The notes under the pieces were generated by a model that saw only the letters and a list, made by a program, of their open reading frames with translations, did no database searches and had not been told where the DNA came from. The position numbers were made by a program, and so were the translations under genes. From NCBI GenBank assembly GCA_043813075.1, contig JBDRLL010000003.1, positions 32,001-96,000 of the forward strand: a stretch of DNA of 64,000 nt, given 5' to 3'. This DNA comes from Candidatus Altiarchaeota archaeon. Its GTDB lineage: Archaea > Altiarchaeota > Altiarchaeia > IMC4 > SCGC-AAA252-I15. Numbering within the stretch: the first letter of the stretch is position 1; each line of letters begins with the position of its first letter. This document shows, piece by piece, positions 50,350 through 59,629 of this stretch.

Positions 50350-51862
50350 GGGTATCGGCCAAGTGATAGGCTCCACTACACTAAGGAGCTTTCGTTTTGT
50401 GATAAAGGAGGGTGAGGAGGGGAAGGTCAAGAGGGATGAGTTCGTCACAGTCAGGGAGTCTGTGACAGGCAACAGGATACTCGGCGTCGTCAAGGACATT
50501 GTGACTTCAAACGAGCTACTGCCGGACGAGTTCGGCCGCGACCTCAGGCTCGCAGACATTATACTGAAGGAGGGTGAGTATCCCGTACCAATAGTCAAGG
50601 TGCTTGGGATACAGGGGAGGGATGGGCTGGAACTCCCACGCCATGGCATAAAGCCGGGTGCGGTGGTGGAGTTGGCTGAAGACGAGATGCTGAAGGAGAT
50701 ACTCCATCAGGAGGGTGGCAGGAGTGCTTTGATAGGGACTTTGTCCACCAGGGAGACTGTGCCTGTGGAGGTTAACATAAACGAGCTCGTGTCCAGGCAT
50801 TGCGCAGTCCTCGCGATGACTGGTGCGGGGAAAAGCTATACTGTCGGTGTTCTGATAGAGGAGATAATGAAGAAGAAAGGGTCTGTCTTAGTGTTCGACC
50901 TGCATGGGGAGTTCATAAACGTGAGGATGAAGGACTCGGGGGTAAAGGTGTATGATGTGGAGGGTAAGGACATGATAAAAGTTAACGTGGACTCGCTTTC
51001 ATCCGGGGACTACGTGAACCTAATGCCAGACCTGACGAACACGCAGAGAGACCTTCTGGACGAGGTCCTGAATCTCGCGGACAAGTTCTACGAGAAATAC
51101 GACTTGAACACCATACTGGAAGTCCTCTCCATAATCTACGACACGAAGAAGGGCGAGGAGCCGGGGGAGATGATATTCAACAACAGGGAGATAACGACGA
51201 TAACCAAGAAGGTTACGCTCCCCACGATAGGCGCGCTCATGAGGAGGATAAGGAGGCTCGACAGGATCGGCGTCTTCAGTGTGAAGGGGACTCCACTGAA
51301 CGAGATAGTCAGGGAGAACCAGCTGACGGTATTCAACCTGTCTGAGGCGGACGAGAAGGTTAGTGAAATCATAGTGGCCGCCATGCTGAGGAACATATTC
51401 GACGCAAGGAAAAAATTCATGAGAGGAGGGGGCGGAGAGGGCCTGCCGACCCCGACGTTCATAGTCATCGAGGAGGCGCACAACTTCGCTCCTAGAGTGG
51501 TCGAGGCGGACTACATACCGTCCAGGGGGATAATAAGGAAGATAGCGAGGGAGGGGAGGAAGTTCGGCGTGGGGTTGTGCGTTGTGAGCCAGAGGCCTAA
51601 CAAACTGGATTCAGACGTGCTTAGCCAGTGCAACACGCAGTTCATAATGAAGATGGTGAATCCCGTCGACCAGGAGTATATAAGGCAGAGCGTGGAATCT
51701 GTTACGGAAGATATTGTGAGGGATTTACCGAGCCTTTCAAGGGGCGAGGCCATCATATCCGGCAGCGCCATAAACCTGTCGGTACCCGCTAGGATACGTG
51801 AGAGGGAGACGGCGGTCGGCGGTCAGGATATTGATATCGTAGGTGTGTGGAATGGCAATTGA
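50348..51862 (+). CDS. herA: HerA-family ATPase/helicase
   Basis: HAS-barrel N-terminus, RH.AVLA.TGAGKS, D.HGEF, IEEAHNF, REGRKFG, SQRP. Confidence 0.9.
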   Translation: MGIGQVIGSTTLRSFRFVIKEGEEGKVKRDEFVTVRESVTGNRILGVVKDIVTSNELLPDEFGRDLRLADIILKEGEYPVPIVKVLGIQGRDGLELPRHGIKPGAVVELAEDEMLKEILHQEGGRSALIGTLSTRETVPVEVNINELVSRHCAVLAMTGAGKSYTVGVLIEEIMKKKGSVLVFDLHGEFINVRMKDSGVKVYDVEGKDMIKVNVDSLSSGDYVNLMPDLTNTQRDLLDEVLNLADKFYEKYDLNTILEVLSIIYDTKKGEEPGEMIFNNREITTITKKVTLPTIGALMRRIRRLDRIGVFSVKGTPLNEIVRENQLTVFNLSEADEKVSEIIVAAMLRNIFDARKKFMRGGGGEGLPTPTFIVIEEAHNFAPRVVEADYIPSRGIIRKIAREGRKFGVGLCVVSQRPNKLDSDVLSQCNTQFIMKMVNPVDQEYIRQSVESVTEDIVRDLPSLSRGEAIISGSAINLSVPARIRERETAVGGQDIDIVGVWNGN

Positions 51863-52097
51863 GGATTTGAGGAAGAAGATCGACTCAATGGACGACAAGA
51901 TACTGGGGATGATAGAGGAGAGGGTGGATTTGGCTAAGAGGATTGGGATTGTGAAGCGGAAGAAAAACCTGCCCATAGAAGACGCTGACAGGGAGGGTGA
52001 GGTGCTCGCTAGGATGGCGAGGAAGACGAGGCTCAAGAAGGATTTCGTGAGAAAAATCTTCGAAGACATAATATCCTACTGCAGGGAAGTACAGTGA
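51852..52097 (+). CDS. Chorismate mutase (AroQ, stand-alone)
   Basis: LRKKIDSMD..I...R...A..IG..K....PI.D..RE. Confidence 0.92.
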   Translation: MAIEDLRKKIDSMDDKILGMIEERVDLAKRIGIVKRKKNLPIEDADREGEVLARMARKTRLKKDFVRKIFEDIISYCREVQ

Positions 52098-52104
52098 CGA
52101 GTAC

Positions 52105-52950
52105 TCACACAACCCTTCTCCTCTGCTGAGGAGGCTGCTCCCTTCTAATGACCCTTCCATCAATTACGTTCGGGTCCGGCCGGTCATGCCTTATCTGATC
52201 GGCATGATGAGTCAGCATTTCCGGGCCTTTATGCCCTATCGCAGGCTGCGTACTTACTTCAGATAATCCGGAGAAGTCGGTTGAAAAACCCTCCCGTTGG
52301 ACTGTCTTATCACATAATTGGACGAGCCTCTGGAATCTGCCCCATGTGGATGCACCACCCTTCAGAAAATCATCTATAGGCTCCGAGTTGGCTGGATCTG
52401 GAAGCATGCCGAATTCTGAGAAGCCGAAGCTGTTATATAGGAAGTTGAAGACCTGGGTTGCCATGGCCTGCTGCTGTGGGTCTGCGATCGGCGGAACCTC
52501 CTCAGCCCGCTGTGTTGATGCATCAACCCCCCTGTGCAAAGCAGACATCTCGCTCTCGGTGAATGGACCCAAAGCCCTTACGGGACCGAGCTCGCCATTA
52601 CCATCCAAGTCCATCTTGAAGTTCCTCCACAACCGGAAGCCTTTACCTGTCCGCGGGTCATATAATTCGAAGGCTATGTGATTATGCTCCATCCCACCCT
52701 GGGGGAGGGAGATGTTAGCGTCCATGTATATTGTCGCCTGTGGGCTCCGCCATACCTCATCGTGAACAGTCCTTAATGGCTCAGGTGGCGAGACATCCAT
52801 AGCAAGCCTCTGGCGGGCAGTCACCCATTTGAAGGCAGGGCCTCTGCCATATTTTGCGCCAGAGTGCTCAAAACTGTTGCTGACGAGAACCTCGCCCGGC
52901 TCCTTGTCGTCAACCCCCCTCTCCATCCTAGAGTACCTTGAGATAGCCAT
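52105..52950 (-). CDS. Hypothetical protein (orphan)
   Basis: 281 aa ORF, Arg-rich termini. Confidence 0.65.
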   Translation of the reverse strand: MAISRYSRMERGVDDKEPGEVLVSNSFEHSGAKYGRGPAFKWVTARQRLAMDVSPPEPLRTVHDEVWRSPQATIYMDANISLPQGGMEHNHIAFELYDPRTGKGFRLWRNFKMDLDGNGELGPVRALGPFTESEMSALHRGVDASTQRAEEVPPIADPQQQAMATQVFNFLYNSFGFSEFGMLPDPANSEPIDDFLKGGASTWGRFQRLVQLCDKTVQREGFSTDFSGLSEVSTQPAIGHKGPEMLTHHADQIRHDRPDPNVIDGRVIRREQPPQQRRRVV

Positions 52951-53022
52951 TTTAGGTTAGAATCTGGGAATGCATGGAATAAATATCATGTTTTATCCGC
53001 CTATTGCGGTAATTATATCATC

Positions 53023-54156
53023 ATGGCCGCGTTAATGAGCCCTGCACCAGCGGACCCGCGACAGCAGGCGGGTATTGACGACCGTCAGACGCAGAGGGTG
53101 TTGAGGATAGTCTTCGTGCAGGGGCCTCACACCTCTGAGAGGGAGGCTTTGGCGCTGAAGGATGCGATAGGCAGGGCGGACGTGTTCAGCCCGGAATACA
53201 ACTTCGGTTCAGAGAGCGGGTTAAGGCAGGTGGAAGACAGCTACCGCCGGATGTTCGGCCTGCTTGCTGAGGGGAAGAACGCGGAATTCGATGGGAGGCG
53301 TGATCTGGAGCGGAGCAGGGAGATGGCACACGGGACATGCCCGCGTTTCGTGAACACGCAAGACGACCTGATTTACGAGGCTAGGACGCCGGTTTTATAT
53401 GTCGAGAGATTCAGCGACGAGGAAGCCCGGAGATACGCTAGGATGCAGCATCAGACCATGGCTCTCGCTAGGGACTCTATCGTCAGCTTCATAAGCGGGG
53501 ACTTCAATGGGGCGTTGAATAACACGCTACAGCAGGTGTCTATGGAAGCCATGCTGGAGATGGCGAGGGAGGACAACATCATACGCAATGCCCAGCAGGC
53601 CATCCCAAGGATATTGGAACACTATCCGATGCTTGCGAGAAAGAGCGAGCTAACATATGTGGTCTCCCTCGGTTCGACACACACAAGGCCGGGTGAGGAA
53701 TTATCAAGACTACAGTCAGACAGGTTCAGGGTGGAGGTGTTGAACGAGCATGCGGACGTGCTTCCCACAACAAGGACTGAGCTGATAAGGGGGATAAAAA
53801 CAGGTGGCGTCCCACAACTGGATGACGTCGCAGAACAGCTGGGGAGATGTGTTCTAGAGGACTTGACGAAAATGTTCGTCCCGAAAGACCATCCACTCCA
53901 GGAAAGCTATCTTGCAAAAGAACTGACATTAAAGGCGATGGCATCCAGAGTACCGCTGGATGATATCAGGGGACTGTGCAGGACTCTCGGAGAGGGTGGT
54001 AGGGAGGGGAGCGCCTCAACAGACAAGCTTAAAGAACTATTGAACGGGGTATACGCTAGGAACGGTGTTGAAGTAGACCTCGACTTCAACGTCACTCAGG
54101 TGAACAGGATGCTGCAGACATCCTACCCATCGTTTGGTGAAAGATACCGGATATAA
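53023..54156 (+). CDS. Hypothetical protein, possible TraB/GumN/Tiki-like fold
   Basis: VFVQGPH...ADVFSPE...RE..I...VVSLGSTH spacing. Confidence 0.55.
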   Translation: MAALMSPAPADPRQQAGIDDRQTQRVLRIVFVQGPHTSEREALALKDAIGRADVFSPEYNFGSESGLRQVEDSYRRMFGLLAEGKNAEFDGRRDLERSREMAHGTCPRFVNTQDDLIYEARTPVLYVERFSDEEARRYARMQHQTMALARDSIVSFISGDFNGALNNTLQQVSMEAMLEMAREDNIIRNAQQAIPRILEHYPMLARKSELTYVVSLGSTHTRPGEELSRLQSDRFRVEVLNEHADVLPTTRTELIRGIKTGGVPQLDDVAEQLGRCVLEDLTKMFVPKDHPLQESYLAKELTLKAMASRVPLDDIRGLCRTLGEGGREGSASTDKLKELLNGVYARNGVEVDLDFNVTQVNRMLQTSYPSFGERYRI

Positions 54157-54202
54157 CCCTCCGGCATTTATTTTAGTCGTAAAAGGTAATATTCAAGGGG
54201 AA

Positions 54203-54994
54203 ATGACTGATAATATCGGAGTATTAGGGCCTAAGGGCACTTTCACTGAGCAGGCTGCCAGTAAGCTCTATCCTGGAGCAGGTTTCACGTACCTGGATGA
54301 TGTGGGGGATGTCTTCGAGTACGTTAACTCCGGGAAGGGGCTTGGCGTCGTGGCCATCGAGAATTCCCTTGAAGGCAGTGTCGGGAAGACGCTCGCCTGC
54401 CTCATGGAGTACGACCTGAAAATATGCGGTGAGACGACGCTGGACATAAACCTCTGCCTTATAGCTGATGAGGGGGTTTGTGTGGGAGACGTGAGGATAG
54501 TTAGGTCGCACCCGCACGCCCTCGCCCAGTGCAAGAAGTACTTCAAGGAGAAGATGCCTGGAGTGAAGACGCAGACGACTACAAGCACTGTGACGGCGAT
54601 AAAGGAGGTTAAGGGAAAGAAGGATGTTGCGGCGGTCGGACCGCGAGAGGCTGCTGGAGAGTACGGCCTCACCGTCATCGCAGAGAACATTCAGGACTTG
54701 GACAGTCAGACACGGTTCATCGCAATCTCGGAGGAGGGGGTATGGGGGGACAAGACTTCGGTCATATTCGCGTTGAAGGATAAGCCTGGCGCATTATACA
54801 ACATACTCAAGATTTTCGCTGAAAACAAGATCAACCTGACGAAGATAGAGAGCAGGCCATCCAGGAGGAAGCTTGGTGAATACGTGTTCTTCATGGACTT
54901 CAACAACAACGGACTCGATAAGGAGGGTGTTGACGGTCTGCTGGATGAGATGAGGGATGACACGACATTCCTCAAGTATCTCGGAAGCTACTGA
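54203..54994 (+). CDS. pheA: Prephenate dehydratase
   Basis: LGPKGTFTE, ENSLEGSV, SHPHALAQC, TRF, NLTKIESRP, LGSY. Confidence 0.95.
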   Translation: MTDNIGVLGPKGTFTEQAASKLYPGAGFTYLDDVGDVFEYVNSGKGLGVVAIENSLEGSVGKTLACLMEYDLKICGETTLDINLCLIADEGVCVGDVRIVRSHPHALAQCKKYFKEKMPGVKTQTTTSTVTAIKEVKGKKDVAAVGPREAAGEYGLTVIAENIQDLDSQTRFIAISEEGVWGDKTSVIFALKDKPGALYNILKIFAENKINLTKIESRPSRRKLGEYVFFMDFNNNGLDKEGVDGLLDEMRDDTTFLKYLGSY

Positions 54995-55036
54995 AACGAG
55001 CATATTTCATTAACTAAGACCTATTATTCTATCCAG

Positions 55037-57292
55037 ATGTTTGTGGAACACCCGCTCGTGAGGAAGGATAAGCTGAGGCTCAGGAGGTATCAGGAGGCGG
55101 TGGTAGCCAGGGCCATAGACGAGAACACCCTGGTCGTGCTGCCGACAGGATTGGGCAAGACTATTGTCGCGGCGATGGTGGCGGCAGTACGGCTTGGGAA
55201 GTACCCGAACTCCAGGGTGCTTTTTGTCGCGCCCACTAAGCCGCTGGCAGTCCAGCACGAGAAGACGTTCAGGGACCTGCTGACTGTGGAGGAGACCACG
55301 GTACTAACCGGCCAAGTTAGTTCTGAAAAGAGGAGGGAGCTGTGGAACACCAGCAGGATAATATTCGCGACACCGCAGACAATACAGAACGACTTGTACA
55401 GGGGGTTGAAGCTGGATGACGTGTCGCTGATAATTTTTGACGAAGCCCACCGGGCTGTCGGGGACTACAGTTACGTTGGCATAGCAGGGGACTACGTGAA
55501 GCAGTCGCCCTACCCGCTCATACTGGGGCTGACCGCTTCACCCAGCTCGGAGCGGGAGAAGGTGGGGGAGATAAGGAAGAACCTTTTCATAAGGAACATA
55601 GAGGCCAAGACCGAGCACGACAGGGACGTGAAGCCTTACGTCCAGGATGTGAAGGTTGATTGGGTTAGGGTCGAGCTGCCGGAGGAGATAAAGGAGTTGA
55701 AGACCGTTCTTGAGGATGTTCTGAGGGAGCAGTTGAAGAACCTGAAGGAATACGGGTACCTTGAGAGCGCGCAGATACAGAAGGTCAACAAGAGGATGCT
55801 CTTGGGGATACAGCATGAGATAAGGAAGGAGATAACGGGGGGGATGGATTCTTACGGGCCGGCGTCGCTGGTGGCTTCGGCGATAAAAGTCAACCACGGG
55901 CTGGAGCTCCTTGAGACGCAGGGCGTTACCGCGCTACACGAGTACTTTAAGAGGATGTTCAGCCAGAAGACGAAGGCTGTTAGAAAGCTTGTTGGGGACC
56001 ATCGGATGATAAAGGCCTCATACACGGCGAAGAAGCTCATTGAGGAGGGTGTTGAACACCCCAAGCTGGACGAGCTCGTGAAGATAGTGACGAGACACAG
56101 GGACCAGAAGGTGCTGGTGTTCACACAGTACAGGGATTCGGTTGACAAGATAATAGAGCGGCTGAACGAGGCCGACATACTAGCGCACGAGTTCATAGGT
56201 CAGGCTGCGAGGGGCGTTAGCAAGGGGATGACGCAGAAGAAGCAGATAGACGTGTTGGAGAAGTTCAAGGAGGGCGCATACACTGCTTTGATAGCGACCT
56301 CGGTCGCTGAGGAGGGGTTGGACATCCCTAAGGTGGATGCCGTAGTCTTCTACGAGCCGGTGCCTTCGGAGATAAGGAGCATACAGAGGAGGGGTAGGAC
56401 AGGCAGGAGTGCTGCGGGGAAGGTCTACGTGCTTATCGCGAAGGGGACGCGGGATGAGGGATACTATTGGGCTTCAGTGCACAAGGAACGGAGGATGGGG
56501 AATATTGTCAGGGAGTTGAGGAGCGGGCTGGACAAGCAGCAGAGCCTCGAGGATTATGACGCTGGGGGGATTAGTGTGGAGGATAAGGTGGAGACGCCAG
56601 CGGCTTACGGGCAGCAGAGCATAGCCCAATACTCTTTCAGGGACTCTGATGAAGTCAGGATATTCGTGGATGTGAGGGAGCGGAACAGGAACATACTCGA
56701 CCAGCTTAAGGAAAAGGCGGTCATAGAGGTGAGGCAGCTTCCGGTTGGAGACTATTTGCTGTCGGACAGGGTGTGTGTGGAGAGGAAGACTATGGAAGAC
56801 TTCCTGCAATCGATTATAGACAAGAGGCTTATGCAACAGCTGACTGAGATGCGGCGGAACTTCATGATGCCTGTGCTCCTGGTGGAAGGGTGGAGCAACC
56901 CATACTCTATGAGGGACATACACCCTAACGCCATAAGGGGCGTACTAGCGTCCATCGCAGTGGACTTCGAGGTGAGCATCATACCAAGCATGGATGAGGC
57001 GGACACGGCCGGGATACTCTACGCGATGGCGAAGCGGGAGCAGGTGGATGAAAACAGGGTTGTGGGCTTGAGAGGAGAGCGCAAGCCGCTCACCCTGGAG
57101 GAGAGGCGCAGATACGTTGTGGAGTCGCTGCCAAACGTTTCCGCGGTACTGGCAGGCCGCCTGCTGGATGAATTCGGGAGTGTTGAGGGTATTATGACCG
57201 CGTCTGAGAGCGATTTGATGCGTGTTGAGGGGATAGGCGGGAAGAAAGCGGCTGAAATCAGGAATGTTGTGAAGAGCAAGCACGATAAATAG
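55037..57292 (+). CDS. hef: Hef (FANCM-like SF2 helicase plus ERCC4 nuclease plus HhH)
   Basis: LPTGLGKT, DEAH, TAS, QRRGRTGR, GDY..VERKT, HhH pair. Confidence 0.95.
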   Translation: MFVEHPLVRKDKLRLRRYQEAVVARAIDENTLVVLPTGLGKTIVAAMVAAVRLGKYPNSRVLFVAPTKPLAVQHEKTFRDLLTVEETTVLTGQVSSEKRRELWNTSRIIFATPQTIQNDLYRGLKLDDVSLIIFDEAHRAVGDYSYVGIAGDYVKQSPYPLILGLTASPSSEREKVGEIRKNLFIRNIEAKTEHDRDVKPYVQDVKVDWVRVELPEEIKELKTVLEDVLREQLKNLKEYGYLESAQIQKVNKRMLLGIQHEIRKEITGGMDSYGPASLVASAIKVNHGLELLETQGVTALHEYFKRMFSQKTKAVRKLVGDHRMIKASYTAKKLIEEGVEHPKLDELVKIVTRHRDQKVLVFTQYRDSVDKIIERLNEADILAHEFIGQAARGVSKGMTQKKQIDVLEKFKEGAYTALIATSVAEEGLDIPKVDAVVFYEPVPSEIRSIQRRGRTGRSAAGKVYVLIAKGTRDEGYYWASVHKERRMGNIVRELRSGLDKQQSLEDYDAGGISVEDKVETPAAYGQQSIAQYSFRDSDEVRIFVDVRERNRNILDQLKEKAVIEVRQLPVGDYLLSDRVCVERKTMEDFLQSIIDKRLMQQLTEMRRNFMMPVLLVEGWSNPYSMRDIHPNAIRGVLASIAVDFEVSIIPSMDEADTAGILYAMAKREQVDENRVVGLRGERKPLTLEERRRYVVESLPNVSAVLAGRLLDEFGSVEGIMTASESDLMRVEGIGGKKAAEIRNVVKSKHDK

Positions 57293-57318
57293 GTTACTAC
57301 CAATTCATAACAGACACC

Positions 57319-59628
57319 ATGGACTCCGATGCTGAGAGAAGGCTTTTATGGCGGAAGATAGGGCAGAGGGAGAAGCAGAGGCGGAATAACATAGAGGAGA
57401 TTAAGAAGATAATACACTCCGGCGACCCCACAGGCAAGAAGAACGCCAAGACTCTGCTGAGGCTTGTGCTGCATGGCGAGGGCATAAAGTCCAGTGAAGC
57501 CAGCAAGATGATAGGTGTGGGCAGGAACGTCATAGACCAGTGGGCTAGACTGCTGGAGGATAAAGGCCTTATAGTAGTGGACGCCCACGGACACCCTGAC
57601 CCAAAGCTGATGCCAAGCCAGGAGATTCTGAATAAACTCAACAAATACAAGCAGGAGAAGCTGAACCTGACGCTCGGCGAGGAGATACTCTCCTATGAAA
57701 GCGCTCTGGAGAAGAAGAAGGAGGAGTTGACTAAGGAGCATGAGGAGAAGATAAAGCTGGGGGAGGATTTGGAGAAGATAAAGCTTCAGCTGGCTGAGAA
57801 GGAGGAGGAGCTGAAGAAGGAGCATAGGGAGCGTCTTGACCTGGAGAAGAGGATGGTGGAGATTGAGGGGGATGCTGCCGGCGAATACGATGAGAAGCTA
57901 AGGATGCTTAGGGAGCAGTTGAACCGTGAGCGCACGGAGCGCATGAAATTCGAGACCTTGATGAAGGAAGAGCATGATAAGCTGCTTGCGGCTGAGGAGG
58001 AGAAGAGGAGGGCGTGCGCTAAGATGGAGGAGGAGCTTATGAAGCGTGAGGCTGAGATACTGGACAGGGAGAAGTCTCTTGAGGAATACGAGGAGCTTGA
58101 CGCCATCTTCGGTGATGACGTGGAAGATAAGAGGATAAGTGACGCGAAGAAGAGCATCGACACCATCAGGGAGAGGATTGGTAAGGTGGGTGAGAAGATT
58201 GCTGGAGTGGATGATGAGTTAGGGCAGGATATACGGAGCATATTCTCTGATGAGGAGGATTTAGCCAGGATACTTGGGGAAGAGCTTGCACTGCTGAAGA
58301 GGAGGATGGCTGATCTGGAGTCAGCAGGGAAGGGCCTGAAAGCGGATGGTTCAGGAAAGCCGCCGGACGAGAAGCCACCCGCACCACCCACCCCGCCAAA
58401 GCCACCGGAGCCCGCATTTGGTCTGGATGCGACTGCAACAGCATTATCTGACCGGACTCCGGAAAGTGTGGTTCCAAAAACAGGGAAGCTGAAGCCTCCA
58501 GCACCACCGACACCGCCAACACCTCCAGGACCGCCTGAGCCAGTGGATGAGGGCAAGGCCGTGGCGGAGCTGAAGACAGAAGCCGTTGCAGAGAAGAGGG
58601 AGACTATAAAACCAACAGCAACGCCTGCGGCAGCAAAACCAGATGCGCCCACACCAAGGCAAACCACACCCCCATCACAGACTACGCCATCAACAGCAGC
58701 ATCAGAGCCGACGGCCGCACCACCGGCAAAAACAAAGGTAACCCCACAATCGCCGGCACCAACACAGGAAAAAACAACAATACAAAAGCCGCCAGTGATC
58801 ACTAGAACGCATACTACAGCACAGACACATCCTACCACAACGCCCGCAGGGCAGGTGACTGCGCCGACAACGCAGGCAAGAACACCAATCACTCCGCCAA
58901 CATCGCCGACACCAACACAGGAAAAACCAACAACCAGTCAGCCGTCACATATCAATCAAAAAACGCCGGCAGAGCAGGGTACACCAGATGAAGAGCCGAG
59001 TGGAAAACAAGCAGAGGGAAAAACGCCGGCAACACAGGCAGGACCTCCAGAACCTCCTGGAAAACCAGGAGGAAAAGAGGAGGCTCAAGCAAAGCCGGAA
59101 AAGCGTATAGCCAGCATGGAGGAGATGAGGAAGGCTCTTGAAGAGCCGGAAGAAGAGGGAGGAATCGTTTTAAAACCCCCCAGACCACCCTCCAATGAAG
59201 AAGAGCATCCCCATGAGATACCGCTGCCCCCTGAGACAGAGGAGAAAATGATGGAAGACGAGGAGCCGGTGCGCAGGATAGCGAGCATCGAGGAGATGCG
59301 GAAGATATTCATAGATGATAAGGAAGACGAAAAAGCGAAGGAAGAGGAGAAAAAACTCGGAGTCGACATCGAAAACCTGATCGAACTGCTGGAAAACAAG
59401 AAGATAATCAAGATTAATGATGCTTCTAAAGCCATAGGCGTGAACGATAACACCATAAGGATATGGGCCAACAGGCTGCAGGAGAAGGGTGTGGTGACGG
59501 TAAAGAAGCATTTGATGAGGGAGGATGAGATACTGCTGAACCCGTACGTGAACACCAAGGAGATAATAGAAGCGCATGAGGCAGAGCGGATAAGGGAAGA
59601 GATTAAAAAACTGCATAAGGAACAATAA
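57319..59628 (+). CDS. Large scaffold-like protein: wHTH, coiled coil, Pro/Thr-rich linker, wHTH
   Basis: EASKMIGV...IDQWARLLEDKGLI and DASKAIGV...IRIWANRLQEKGVV; E/K-rich middle. Confidence 0.8.
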   Translation: MDSDAERRLLWRKIGQREKQRRNNIEEIKKIIHSGDPTGKKNAKTLLRLVLHGEGIKSSEASKMIGVGRNVIDQWARLLEDKGLIVVDAHGHPDPKLMPSQEILNKLNKYKQEKLNLTLGEEILSYESALEKKKEELTKEHEEKIKLGEDLEKIKLQLAEKEEELKKEHRERLDLEKRMVEIEGDAAGEYDEKLRMLREQLNRERTERMKFETLMKEEHDKLLAAEEEKRRACAKMEEELMKREAEILDREKSLEEYEELDAIFGDDVEDKRISDAKKSIDTIRERIGKVGEKIAGVDDELGQDIRSIFSDEEDLARILGEELALLKRRMADLESAGKGLKADGSGKPPDEKPPAPPTPPKPPEPAFGLDATATALSDRTPESVVPKTGKLKPPAPPTPPTPPGPPEPVDEGKAVAELKTEAVAEKRETIKPTATPAAAKPDAPTPRQTTPPSQTTPSTAASEPTAAPPAKTKVTPQSPAPTQEKTTIQKPPVITRTHTTAQTHPTTTPAGQVTAPTTQARTPITPPTSPTPTQEKPTTSQPSHINQKTPAEQGTPDEEPSGKQAEGKTPATQAGPPEPPGKPGGKEEAQAKPEKRIASMEEMRKALEEPEEEGGIVLKPPRPPSNEEEHPHEIPLPPETEEKMMEDEEPVRRIASIEEMRKIFIDDKEDEKAKEEEKKLGVDIENLIELLENKKIIKINDASKAIGVNDNTIRIWANRLQEKGVVTVKKHLMREDEILLNPYVNTKEIIEAHEAERIREEIKKLHKEQ

Positions 59629-59629
59629 G

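Noticed and set aside
57786-58892. 368-aa Gly/Val-rich antisense ORF
   Set aside because: Shadow of the Pro/Thr- and Glu/Lys-rich sense gene
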